The notes under the pieces are model-generated. The model ran no database searches, was not told the origin of the DNA, and worked only from the letters and a program-made list of their open reading frames with translations. A program made the position numbers and the translations under genes. A stretch of 64,000 nt of DNA from Bacilli bacterium (GTDB lineage Bacteria > Bacillota_I > Bacilli_A > RF39 > UBA660), in contig JAGCSA010000028.1 of the NCBI GenBank assembly GCA_017964405.1, positions 2,282-66,281 on the forward strand, read 5' to 3'. Positions 49,323 to 58,525 of the stretch are shown piece by piece; the stretch's first letter is position 1; every line of letters starts with the position of its first letter.

Positions 49323-51587
49323 TTATTGATCCATACCGATGCCTTGTAACCATTCTTTATCCATGAATGGTGCAGTAGCTTCTTCTAATTCACCCTCTTC
49401 ATGAGTTTCTTCAACAGTCTCAGTTTGTTCTAATGGGTTATTAGCAAATTGTACTTCATCAACATCGTTACTATCATCGAAGTAATCATCCATAGAGATT
49501 CCAGCATATACAAAGTCAGCATCATCAACATTTTCAAAACATTGATTAATAACATTATACATATTGTAATCATCAATAGCATTCTTACCATCAATAATCA
49601 TTGTAATGAACAATAAGTAGTCGATAATCTTATGTTTCTCATCAAACATAGAATATCCGTAAAGCTTAGCTAACTCTTCTTCGCAAGAAACACCTTCTTT
49701 AACAGCTTTATCAACTTTCTTAGAATGTTCTCTTAATTCACTAGCAAGAATCTTAAACTTAGAATTCTTGAATGTTTCAATTTCATCTTCAGAGAATCCA
49801 ACTTTCTTCATTAATTTAGAAACAATAGCTTGATAATCAGGCCCTAATGCTTCCCAATCTTCTGGAGTAAAGTGGATAACACTTAACTTCGTAGCAGCAA
49901 GGATTCCTCCACCAGCAGCAGCACTACCACCAGCAATACCAGCAGCAGCAATAATTCCTGCACTTGCTTTATTCGTATTGATTCCTTGAGTAGTTCCACC
50001 CATATGTGGTGCAACACCAGATGCTAATTTAGCAACCCCCTTACCGATGGCATCTGCAACTCCTGTAGCAGCACCAGCAGCTGTAGCTAAACCTTCTTTA
50101 GCAGCTCCAGCAACGGCAGCAGCAACGCCTCCACCTTCACCGGTCTTAACTCCTCCACCAGTAGTTCCACCACCAGGTTTCGTTGGATCTTCAGCTCCAG
50201 GAAGTCCTCCACCAATACTTGTACCAGGTGTCGTAGCAGGAGGATTGGTTGGATTGGTATCTCCACCAGGTTGTTCTCCAGTTGGTTCTCCACCTGTAGG
50301 TTCTTCTCCAGTAGGAACTTCACCAACAGGTTGAGGTGTTTCAGTAGAAGGTTGTTGTGGAAGTAAATCATGAATAATCTTTTGATATTCTTCCTCAGTA
50401 ATTTCACCCTTCTTCAATTTTTCATATGCATCACTAATTTGTTGCATTGCTTTTGCATAATCTTCTGGACTCATTTGACCAGTTCTAACACTTTCAAGCA
50501 TTGAATTAATATCAGCCAAAGCTTGAGCATATGTTTCTTGACTAACCTTACCAGAGGCAACTCCCTCAAGTAATTGATTAATATCACTCATTGTTTGATG
50601 ATATAGGTTATCATCAATCTTGCCATTCTTTAATAGATCCATTGCACCATTCATGGTGTCTAATGTAGCCTTATAAGTATCTTGATCGATTTGACCATTC
50701 TTTAATAAGGTTGCAGCATCTTCAATGTTATCCATTGTAGCAGCGAAAGATTCATCACTCATCTTATCAAGTGCTAAGCAATCCATAGCTTTATCCATCG
50801 TATCAAGAGTTTGTTTATAAGTATCCTCATCCATCTTACCATTTGCAACAGCGGCAGCTGCAGCATCCATAGCATCAAGGAACTTCGTATAAGCTTCTTC
50901 ACTCATCTTACCAGAGTCAACTAAACTCATAGCACGTTTCAACGCATCAACAGCCTTAGCATACGTTTCATCAGAAATCTTACCATCTTTTAAGATATCC
51001 ATTAAACTACTTAAAGTATCAATTGTATGAGCATACGTTTCATCTTTAATCTTCTTAGCTTTTAATAAAGCAATAGCAGCAGCAATGGCATTCAATGTCT
51101 TAGCATAAGATCCTTCACTCATCTTACCGTCATCACGAAGGCTCTTTGCCTTATCTTTGGCATCACATGTCTTAGCCCAAGACTCATCACTCATCTCATC
51201 AGGTTTTTCCTCATCACCCTTCTTACCAGGGCCATCAGGCGTAACCGGAGTAACACCTCCACCACCATTTGGTGTCTTGCTCTTACCAGCACCATCAATA
51301 TTTTCATTATCTTGTTCAATTAAAGCAGCAATATAAGCTCTAGCAGCTTCAATATTGGTTCTAGCGTCTGAAACAATTTTATCGGTAAAGGCAGCTAATG
51401 TTGAAAAGTATTGAATATCATATTCAGCACCTAAAGAACCGGTAGCTCCTTGGCTATTACCAGATCCATAATAATCTTCCAATGTGTTGCAAATTGTTTC
51501 TACATTACTTACTGCTTGTTCAGCATCAGCATAAATGATTTTAATATCAGCCATATTATTAGTCGAATAGACAAGTTCGACTAGCAC
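49323..51587 (-). CDS. Large secreted/effector-like protein: WXG/LXG-like N-domain + 24-aa tandem repeats + Gly/Ala-rich hydrophobic segments + acidic C-terminal domain
   Basis: 754-aa ORF (start GTG 51587 or ATG 51551); helical N-terminus; ~10.5 repeats GKMSxExYxKxLDxMxxAxxLLKx; PT/G-rich linker; GGGVAAAVAGAA and IIAAAGIAGGSAAAGGGILAA segments. Confidence 0.6.
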   Translation of the reverse strand: MLVELVYSTNNMADIKIIYADAEQAVSNVETICNTLEDYYGSGNSQGATGSLGAEYDIQYFSTLAAFTDKIVSDARTNIEAARAYIAALIEQDNENIDGAGKSKTPNGGGGVTPVTPDGPGKKGDEEKPDEMSDESWAKTCDAKDKAKSLRDDGKMSEGSYAKTLNAIAAAIALLKAKKIKDETYAHTIDTLSSLMDILKDGKISDETYAKAVDALKRAMSLVDSGKMSEEAYTKFLDAMDAAAAAVANGKMDEDTYKQTLDTMDKAMDCLALDKMSDESFAATMDNIEDAATLLKNGQIDQDTYKATLDTMNGAMDLLKNGKIDDNLYHQTMSDINQLLEGVASGKVSQETYAQALADINSMLESVRTGQMSPEDYAKAMQQISDAYEKLKKGEITEEEYQKIIHDLLPQQPSTETPQPVGEVPTGEEPTGGEPTGEQPGGDTNPTNPPATTPGTSIGGGLPGAEDPTKPGGGTTGGGVKTGEGGGVAAAVAGAAKEGLATAAGAATGVADAIGKGVAKLASGVAPHMGGTTQGINTNKASAGIIAAAGIAGGSAAAGGGILAATKLSVIHFTPEDWEALGPDYQAIVSKLMKKVGFSEDEIETFKNSKFKILASELREHSKKVDKAVKEGVSCEEELAKLYGYSMFDEKHKIIDYLLFITMIIDGKNAIDDYNMYNVINQCFENVDDADFVYAGISMDDYFDDSNDVDEVQFANNPLEQTETVEETHEEGELEEATAPFMDKEWLQGIGMDQ

Positions 51588-51824
51588 CTCTTTTCATTAT
51601 TTAGTAAGAAGTTGTCCATCTCTTCCCACAAATGATCGTCAACAAAGAGTGTTTATAAAGATTTCTCTTTATTTTCTACTATCAAGCACATAAAAACTTG
51701 CTAGCAGACACCTACTCTATAATATATTTTAATATAACCTGTTGTCTCATTTCAACAACAAATTTTGATTTTATTGAATAATTGACATTTTATGAAAAAA
51801 TAACTGTAAAAAAGAGTCAATTAA

Positions 51825-52406
51825 TTATTTTGTTTTCTCCGTTCTAGAAATATACCAAAAGAACAAAGAACCAAAGTAATTTCCAAGAATAGCAAAAACC
51901 AAAGACCAATCAAAAGTTCTCGCAACTCCTAACGTAATAACATTCGCAATACAGTGTTGAAATCCACAGAATATAAATAAAGGAATACCAAAGATAATAC
52001 CAAGAGGTGTTTTTTCTCGATACATCTTAACGGCAATATACATAATCGTTCCGCATAAGAATGCTTTAATAAAGAATGGAATAGAACACTCCCAAGTATC
52101 CACTTTCGCTACAGCAGTCTTAATAAGTTCAGGATCTGCATAACTATATAGTAATCCAAATAAGTATCCAGCAATCAAATTGACAACTAAAATAATCATT
52201 AAATCAAGAAAAGGAATCTTATCCTCAATAAAGAATCCACATTTCCCTGTAAATAGATTTTGTCCTAAATAACAGACCCCTAGTAATCCAAATGCAAAAA
52301 TAACGGGTCCAATGGGAGTCCCCAATTTCAACAATGCATAATTTCCTAAAGAAATTAAAAAAGCAGCCCCTATACTCTTTAATATTAATTCTTTCTTACC
52401 TTTCAT
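51825..52406 (-). CDS. Polytopic membrane protein with formate/nitrite-transporter-like motifs
   Basis: LGQNLFTGK and FQHCIANVITLGVA resemble FNT signatures, but the protein is short (193 aa). Confidence 0.3.
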   Translation of the reverse strand: MKGKKELILKSIGAAFLISLGNYALLKLGTPIGPVIFAFGLLGVCYLGQNLFTGKCGFFIEDKIPFLDLMIILVVNLIAGYLFGLLYSYADPELIKTAVAKVDTWECSIPFFIKAFLCGTIMYIAVKMYREKTPLGIIFGIPLFIFCGFQHCIANVITLGVARTFDWSLVFAILGNYFGSLFFWYISRTEKTK

Positions 52407-52462
52407 ATAATCACCTTAAAAAAAGTATATCACAAATAAAAAAAGATTGTGAAAAACAATCT

Positions 52463-53029
52463 TTATTTCTTCTCTACTTTTGGTATAACTTTATCCATAA
52501 ATCTCTTTTCCTTTTGAACAGGAACTTCTTTCTCTGTATAACGAGATGCTAAAAGAGATAATTCATGATAAAATTTCTCAAATTCTTGATAATAATATCC
52601 ATATTGAGAACCACTCGTACGAATCCTTACCTTGATTCTCTCTTTTAAAACAGCATTTAAAACTTCTTGATATAACATCACATAAATAGAATGATCACTT
52701 AATTGTAACTTTAAAGTATTATCTGGATCCGTATCAGAATGCCAAGTAATTGATTGATTCTCAATATTAATAAAATCTTCAGGAAGACCCGTATCATTAT
52801 ATAAATAATATCTACCAATAATGGATTTCATCAATCCCTCAAAAACTCGATATGTCTCATCTTCCTCCGGTTCTCTTCTAGAGTGATAATCAATCGGAAC
52901 TGAAAGAGATGGATTTGCCGTACAAAACCAAATATCCCCATCAGGATATTTCTCAACACTAAAACGTTTCCCATCTTTTCCAATAATAATATCTCCATGG
53001 TCTTCTTTAATCTCAAAATGCTTCTCCAT
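52463..53029 (-). CDS. Hypothetical cytoplasmic protein
   Basis: 188-aa ORF with coding-like composition; no recognisable motif. Confidence 0.4.
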   Translation of the reverse strand: MEKHFEIKEDHGDIIIGKDGKRFSVEKYPDGDIWFCTANPSLSVPIDYHSRREPEEDETYRVFEGLMKSIIGRYYLYNDTGLPEDFINIENQSITWHSDTDPDNTLKLQLSDHSIYVMLYQEVLNAVLKERIKVRIRTSGSQYGYYYQEFEKFYHELSLLASRYTEKEVPVQKEKRFMDKVIPKVEKK

Positions 53030-53095
53030 AGAATCCCCTCATCTCGATTGTTATTATAACATTCCTATCCTAAAAAAACAATTTAATATAAATAA

Positions 53096-53124
53096 TTGGT
53101 AAAAATATAAAATAATGTTATAAT
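53096..53124 (+). promoter_or_regulatory. Sigma-A type promoter with extended -10
   Basis: TTGGTA-17 nt-TGtTATAAT, then AAGAGGA RBS and ATG at 53144. Confidence 0.5.
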
Positions 53125-53143
53125 GAAATAAGAGGATGGTATT

Positions 53144-53740
53144 ATGCTAGAAATAAAAGAAATACCAGAAATGGGTGGAAGTGAAGAGCTTGAAAAAGTA
53201 TGTTATACCCTTTATGGTTATCGCGAAAAAGGAATCGATGCTTTTTATGATTTTAATGGAGTTAAAATCTATTCAAAAAATATAACAGGTCCTGATTCCA
53301 TCGAAAAAATGTATCAAAAAGTATATGGATGCAGTTATGCAGAACATGTCAAAGAAAAAGCAAAGAAACAAAGACCAATATGGTTAGAAAGTGGTTATCA
53401 AATACTTCCTACAGAAAAACACGAAAGATGGGAACAATTTGTAGATAGTGTGATTGAAGCAATGGATTCTTATGCTCATGGACCTAATCCCATAACGGAT
53501 ACATTGGTAAATATTGCAAGAATCAATTCAATTGCTAGTGAGCAAGAATTACGGGAATTCATTTGGACTTTGGATGGTTCCAATAAAGTATTAATCAAGG
53601 CAGCCATCGAGTTTTCTAATAAAGGAGACCTCATTCGAAAAATAGTTTGGGGAGATAAATCTGGAGAGGATATAACGGCAAAAGATCTAGTAGAAGAAGA
53701 ACAACCAGCAGAAGAAACAAAACAATCCCCAATAAAATAA
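53144..53740 (+). CDS. Hypothetical protein
   Basis: 198-aa ORF with promoter and RBS; no recognisable motif. Confidence 0.4.
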   Translation: MLEIKEIPEMGGSEELEKVCYTLYGYREKGIDAFYDFNGVKIYSKNITGPDSIEKMYQKVYGCSYAEHVKEKAKKQRPIWLESGYQILPTEKHERWEQFVDSVIEAMDSYAHGPNPITDTLVNIARINSIASEQELREFIWTLDGSNKVLIKAAIEFSNKGDLIRKIVWGDKSGEDITAKDLVEEEQPAEETKQSPIK

Positions 53741-53808
53741 TAATAGACGAGCATTGCTCGTCTTTTTTCATGAAAAAAACTAACATTTCTGTTAGTTATA
53801 AATCAATA

Positions 53809-54191
53809 TGGTGGAGATGAGGAGAATCGAACTCCTGTCCGAAAATAGAGCTACATAAACCTCTACAAGCTTAGTTAACTAATTAATTTCGCATAATAAC
53901 CAAGTAGTTAACGACCAAGTTACTATACTAGTCTTAAAATTCTTTCTATCCTATAGACGTAGGATAGCTATAACCTATCAAAATGATCCTCGAAAGGGCT
54001 CCTAGGTGAGAACCCTTAAGAAGAGCTAGCCTTATTTATTCTATTAGGCAAAAGCAACAGCTTGGTTTGCGCCAAACAATGTTACTATAGCATTTTTAAT
54101 TTTATTTGCATTTATTTTTTTTCGCCCGTGACGTGGACATTCCGACTTGCCATCTATGCTCTCTTATTCCCGTCGAAACCAAGTCATCCCC
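53809..54191 (-). ncRNA. ssrA: tmRNA (SsrA)
   Basis: 5' GGGGAUGACUUGGUUUCGACGGG and 3' GGACAGGAGUUCGAUUCUCCUCAUCUCCACCA; internal tag ORF ANKIKNAIVTLFGANQAVAFA-stop; directly downstream of smpB. Confidence 0.85.
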
Positions 54192-54255
54192 ATGTGTATA
54201 GATTATACCATAAAAATAGGATTTTGAAAAGAGAAAAAAAGACACCAAGTGTCTT

Positions 54256-54693
54256 TTAATGATTCTTAATATTTTTCTGAACATCTCTTTGAATATCTCG
54301 TTCTTTCATAGTCTCTCTCTTATCATAAGTCTTTTTACCACGACAAACTCCTAATAATACCTTTAAAAGATTATCTTTGAAATAAATCTTTAAAGGAACA
54401 AGAGTTAATCCTTGTTGTTCAATTGCCTGTGTCATTTTTTTGATCTCTTTCTTATGAAGTAATAACTTACGACTTCTTGTTTCATTATGATTAAAGATGT
54501 TTCCTTCTTTATAAGCACCAATGTACATATTTAATAGAAAAACTTCTCCATTACGAACAATCCCATAGGAATCCTTAATATTACAATGTCCATTACGAAC
54601 AGATTTAATTTCTGTTCCTGTTAAAACAATTCCCGCTTCATATTCTTCTTCTACAAAATAATCAAATTTCGCTCTTCTATTCAATATCTCCAT
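54256..54693 (-). CDS. smpB: SsrA-binding protein
   Basis: 145 aa; conserved SmpB sequence and position between rnr and ssrA. Confidence 0.9.
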   Translation of the reverse strand: MEILNRRAKFDYFVEEEYEAGIVLTGTEIKSVRNGHCNIKDSYGIVRNGEVFLLNMYIGAYKEGNIFNHNETRSRKLLLHKKEIKKMTQAIEQQGLTLVPLKIYFKDNLLKVLLGVCRGKKTYDKRETMKERDIQRDVQKNIKNH

Positions 54694-54697
54694 ATTC

Positions 54698-55912
54698 TCA
54701 CTCCCAAGTAAGACCCCATGTTAAATCAGGATATCTCTTATTGACAATTGCCTTATACTTTTCATAATAACTATCATGATTTCTTAATTCACTATCTGTT
54801 AAAGTAGGATACATTTTGACTCTAAAATCAGAACTCCATCCTCTTCTTTGAGTAACTGTTGTATAAATAAGCTCTGCTTTTGGATCCACTACCGTATTGG
54901 TTTTTGTACCATCGACTCCTACATGTTTTCTTAAAGTAACTTCCATCGCAAGGCCTGTATAATTATCAACATCTAATTGATCACTGATGAAATTACCTAA
55001 GGAGTAAACAACAAACGTTTTTCCGCCATTAATATATTCAACAGTTTGTACTACATGAGGATGAGCCCCAATAATCAAATCGACTCCCAAATTGGATAAG
55101 TGATTAGCAATCTCATCTTGTTTCCAATCTACATTCCAAGCATATTCAGTACCCCAATGCATCGCAACAATAACGAAATCAACCTTATCACGAACACTAG
55201 CAATATCAGCTTCTGCCTTTTCTGGACTATAGACACTATTTAAATAATCTTTTCCATAAGGGGTCTCTAATCCATTGGTCCAAATCGTATAAGAGATAAA
55301 AGCATATTTAATATGATTGACTTCATATACTTTCGCAACACTTTCTGCTCTCTCTTCATAACTAGCCCATTGTCCAGAAGCAGCTACATCCGGATGTCCC
55401 TTCCAGTATTCTACTGAATGAAGAACACCGGTCTCTCCCTTATCCATCGTATGATTTGTTGCTAAAGAAACCATATTGAAACCTGCATCGATAAAAGCAT
55501 CTCCACAAGCATCAGGAGTATTAAATCTAGGATAATTAGAATATCCTAAATCCGCTCCACCTAAAATAGTCTCTTGATTATAATAAGCAATATCATAATG
55601 AGAAGCAATTGGTTTAATATACTCTAACATTGGTTTAAAATCATAAGATCCATCATTCTGTTTTGCATCTAAATAAATACTAGAGTGAATTAAAGCATCT
55701 CCTACCATAAAAACCTTTGCTTCATAATCAACATCTTCTTTTTGTACCTCTATTTTTCGAGAAACCTTTGTTTCCTTCTTCTCTGTTTGAAAGAAATTTG
55801 TCTTAACAAAAAGAAAATATCCTCCTACTCCTAAACAACAAACTACAAGGAAAAGCAAAAGAACAATCAAAGGTCCTTTTTTTAATTTTGTTCTTTTCTT
55901 TGTATGTTCCAT
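54698..55912 (-). CDS. CapA/PgsA-family metallophosphatase (poly-gamma-glutamate capsule synthesis-like)
   Basis: N-terminal TM; AMHWGTEY and GAHPHVVQ motifs. Confidence 0.7.
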   Translation of the reverse strand: MEHTKKRTKLKKGPLIVLLLFLVVCCLGVGGYFLFVKTNFFQTEKKETKVSRKIEVQKEDVDYEAKVFMVGDALIHSSIYLDAKQNDGSYDFKPMLEYIKPIASHYDIAYYNQETILGGADLGYSNYPRFNTPDACGDAFIDAGFNMVSLATNHTMDKGETGVLHSVEYWKGHPDVAASGQWASYEERAESVAKVYEVNHIKYAFISYTIWTNGLETPYGKDYLNSVYSPEKAEADIASVRDKVDFVIVAMHWGTEYAWNVDWKQDEIANHLSNLGVDLIIGAHPHVVQTVEYINGGKTFVVYSLGNFISDQLDVDNYTGLAMEVTLRKHVGVDGTKTNTVVDPKAELIYTTVTQRRGWSSDFRVKMYPTLTDSELRNHDSYYEKYKAIVNKRYPDLTWGLTWE

Positions 55913-55914
55913 AA

Positions 55915-58026
55915 TTAACTTACCTTTCTAACAATTTCAAAATCAACTGTTTTTTCTTCTTTATTAGCTCTAACTACTTTGACAACAACTCTTTCTCCAA
56001 TCGAATACTTCATATGACTCTTTTCTCCTGTAAGAGTTAAGTGTTCTTCATCAAAATGATAGAAATCATCCAACTCTCTTAAAGGAACTAACCCTTCAAT
56101 TAAGTTATCTAATTCTACAAACATACCAAAACTAGTAATAGAAGAAATCATACCTTCAAAAGTCTCCCCAATATGTTTTTCCATATATTCAGCCATCTTC
56201 ATATCATCGACTTCTCTCTCACAATCAACAGATGCTCTCTCTCTTTCAGAAGAATGTTCTGCAATACCAGGAAGTTTTTCTTCCCATTTATGAACCGTCT
56301 CCATATCAGCATGACCATCAAATAAATACGTATGAAGTAAACGATGAACCGTCGTATCTGGGAATCGACGTATCGGAGAAGTAAAATGCGTATAACAATC
56401 ACTTGCTAAACCATAATGTCCTAAGTTATCAGGACTATAAATAGCCTTCTTCATACTTCTTAATAACAAATTAGAAAGAATCTTATATTCTGGTTTATCC
56501 TCTAATTGAAAAACAATATCTTGAACAAACTTAGGACTTAAGTCCTTCAAATCTCCATTGACATGATATCCAAGTCCACTGACAAATCCTAAGAAACTAC
56601 GAATCTTATCTTCCTCTGGAGTTTCATGAATACGATAAATAAAAGGAAGATTCATAAAATAAATATGAGTTGCCACACACTCATTAGCAGCAATCATAAA
56701 GTCTTCTATTAACTTTTCTCCTGTACCACGGTCTCTTAATACAACATCCGTAGGAACACAGTTCTCATCTACTAAGATTTTAGCCTCATCAACAGCAAAA
56801 TCAATATAACCTCTCTTAATCTTTGCCTTTCTTAAAATATCCGCTAACTCTGCCATTGTTTTTAAGTCATATACATAAGGCTCATATTCATCAGGAACCT
56901 GATCTTTTTCTAAGATACTATTAACTTTCTTATAAGTCATTTGAATTCGAGAACGAATGACACTTGGGAAAATCTCATAATCCAATTGTTTTCCTGCTCC
57001 ATCGAACTCCATCACACATGAGATTGCTAAACGATCTACATTTGGATTTAAAGAACAAATTCCATTGGATAATTCATGAGGAATCATAGGAATAACACGG
57101 TCTACTAAATAAACACTCGTTCCCCTCTCTTCAGCTGCTTCATTTAAAGCAGTGCCCTCTCTTACATAATAACTGACATCTGCAATATGAACTCCTAATT
57201 GATAATGACCATTCGATAAAATTTTAATACTAATGGCATCATCAATATCTTTTGTATCATCTCCATCAATCGTAAAAATAGTCTCTTCTCTTAAATCTCT
57301 ACGATCTTTCATCTCTTCTTCTGAGACTTCCATCGGAATATGTTTTACTTCATTCTTTACTTCATCAGAAAATTCTACAGGAATATTATATTTATAAATA
57401 ATAGAAAGAATATCCACTCCTGGATCATTTTGATGTCCCAAGATTTCCATAACTCTTCCTTCATATCTTCCAGAACTATTCAATTTCTTCTCTAAACGAA
57501 CAACTACTTTATGCCCGTCTACAGCATTTAAACTCTTTCCTTTTGGAATCTCAATCATTAACTTAATCTTATTATCATCTAATTGAATATGACCAATTCC
57601 CTTATCATCAAATGTAATAACACCAACAAAATTGGTCATCTTACGAGCAAGAATCTTTAAAACTCTACCCTCTAAACGATCCAAATTCATTTTACTCGTT
57701 ATTTCAACTAAAACAACATCATCATGAATAGCCCCATTCATATTCTCTTGCGATACATAAATATCATCATCTAAATTTTCTACTTCTACAAATCCAAAAC
57801 CCTTTTTATTAACACGCATGATACCTTTTCGAAGATGACTATTCTCTAGTAACATATACTTATTCTTATTAGAGTGATAAATCAAAACCTCTTCTTCTAA
57901 TTGTTTCAAATCCTTTAATAAAATTTCTAATTCTTCTGCTGTCGATATTTCTAAGGATTCTTGCAATTCATCAATATCTAAAGCACGATCTGTATTTCTA
58001 AGTACATTGAGAATACTCTCTCTCAT
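55915..58026 (-). CDS. rnr: Ribonuclease R
   Basis: FTIDGDDTKDIDDAIS RNB motif; C-terminal S1 domain; rnr-smpB-ssrA synteny. Confidence 0.9.
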   Translation of the reverse strand: MRESILNVLRNTDRALDIDELQESLEISTAEELEILLKDLKQLEEEVLIYHSNKNKYMLLENSHLRKGIMRVNKKGFGFVEVENLDDDIYVSQENMNGAIHDDVVLVEITSKMNLDRLEGRVLKILARKMTNFVGVITFDDKGIGHIQLDDNKIKLMIEIPKGKSLNAVDGHKVVVRLEKKLNSSGRYEGRVMEILGHQNDPGVDILSIIYKYNIPVEFSDEVKNEVKHIPMEVSEEEMKDRRDLREETIFTIDGDDTKDIDDAISIKILSNGHYQLGVHIADVSYYVREGTALNEAAEERGTSVYLVDRVIPMIPHELSNGICSLNPNVDRLAISCVMEFDGAGKQLDYEIFPSVIRSRIQMTYKKVNSILEKDQVPDEYEPYVYDLKTMAELADILRKAKIKRGYIDFAVDEAKILVDENCVPTDVVLRDRGTGEKLIEDFMIAANECVATHIYFMNLPFIYRIHETPEEDKIRSFLGFVSGLGYHVNGDLKDLSPKFVQDIVFQLEDKPEYKILSNLLLRSMKKAIYSPDNLGHYGLASDCYTHFTSPIRRFPDTTVHRLLHTYLFDGHADMETVHKWEEKLPGIAEHSSERERASVDCEREVDDMKMAEYMEKHIGETFEGMISSITSFGMFVELDNLIEGLVPLRELDDFYHFDEEHLTLTGEKSHMKYSIGERVVVKVVRANKEEKTVDFEIVRKVS

Positions 58027-58104
58027 AGTATCACCTTCTATTATATTATAAAGTATTTTCCCCTAGATAACTAGTCTTTTTCAAAAGAAAAAGGACCGAA
58101 GTCC

Positions 58105-58320
58105 TTAAATAAACATAGATACTAAACAAAGGATAAAGAAAGCAAATCCTAATAACATCGTAATTCTTGTAATAACAAGTTCTGATCCTCTTTCCTTACG
58201 ATTCATAAACAATTCGCTTTGTCCACCAGAAATAATTTGAGGACCTGCATCAGACTTAGCTCCTTGTAGTAATACAATAATAATTAATAAAATTGATACA
58301 ATTAATAATGCAATTTGCAT
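58105..58320 (-). CDS. secG: Preprotein translocase subunit SecG
   Basis: 71 aa, two TM helices, LLQGAKSDAG motif. Confidence 0.8.
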   Translation of the reverse strand: MQIALLIVSILLIIIVLLQGAKSDAGPQIISGGQSELFMNRKERGSELVITRITMLLGFAFFILCLVSMFI

Positions 58321-58525
58321 AATATCCCTCCGTTACAACATCAATATAATACCATAAAACCATTGGGATTGCAACTAAAATCAATGGAGAACAAATCCCT
58401 ATAACAAATCCCATTTTTAATAACATAATCATAATAATAGCAAGTATATAGTACTATACAAATGAACATAAATACATTTATCTTTTAATTAGTGTAATAA
58501 CACTACACTTTTTTATAACTAAAAA

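Noticed and set aside
50047-50407. Two long antisense or out-of-frame ORFs (95 aa Pro/Gly-rich; 106 aa Leu-rich) inside the 754-aa gene
   Set aside because: They lie within the low-complexity PT/G linker and the tandem-repeat region of a much longer ORF on the other strand; this is a compositional artefact.
49323-51587. Possibility that the repeat protein plus nearby NlpC/P60 genes are a prophage tape-measure/tail-lysin remnant
   Set aside because: No terminase, portal, capsid, integrase, holin or att-like repeats anywhere in the window; flanking small genes are ESAT-6-like rather than phage structural.
51780-51815. Plus-strand ttgaca...taactgtaaaaaag promoter-like sequence
   Set aside because: It is oriented away from both neighbouring minus-strand genes and no plus-strand ORF follows; at most an antisense promoter.
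54062-54284. Two small ORFs (65 and 60 aa) predicted at 54.06-54.28 kb
   Set aside because: They overlap the 5' part of the tmRNA gene (GGGGAUGACUUGGUUUCGACGGG...), so they are not protein-coding.
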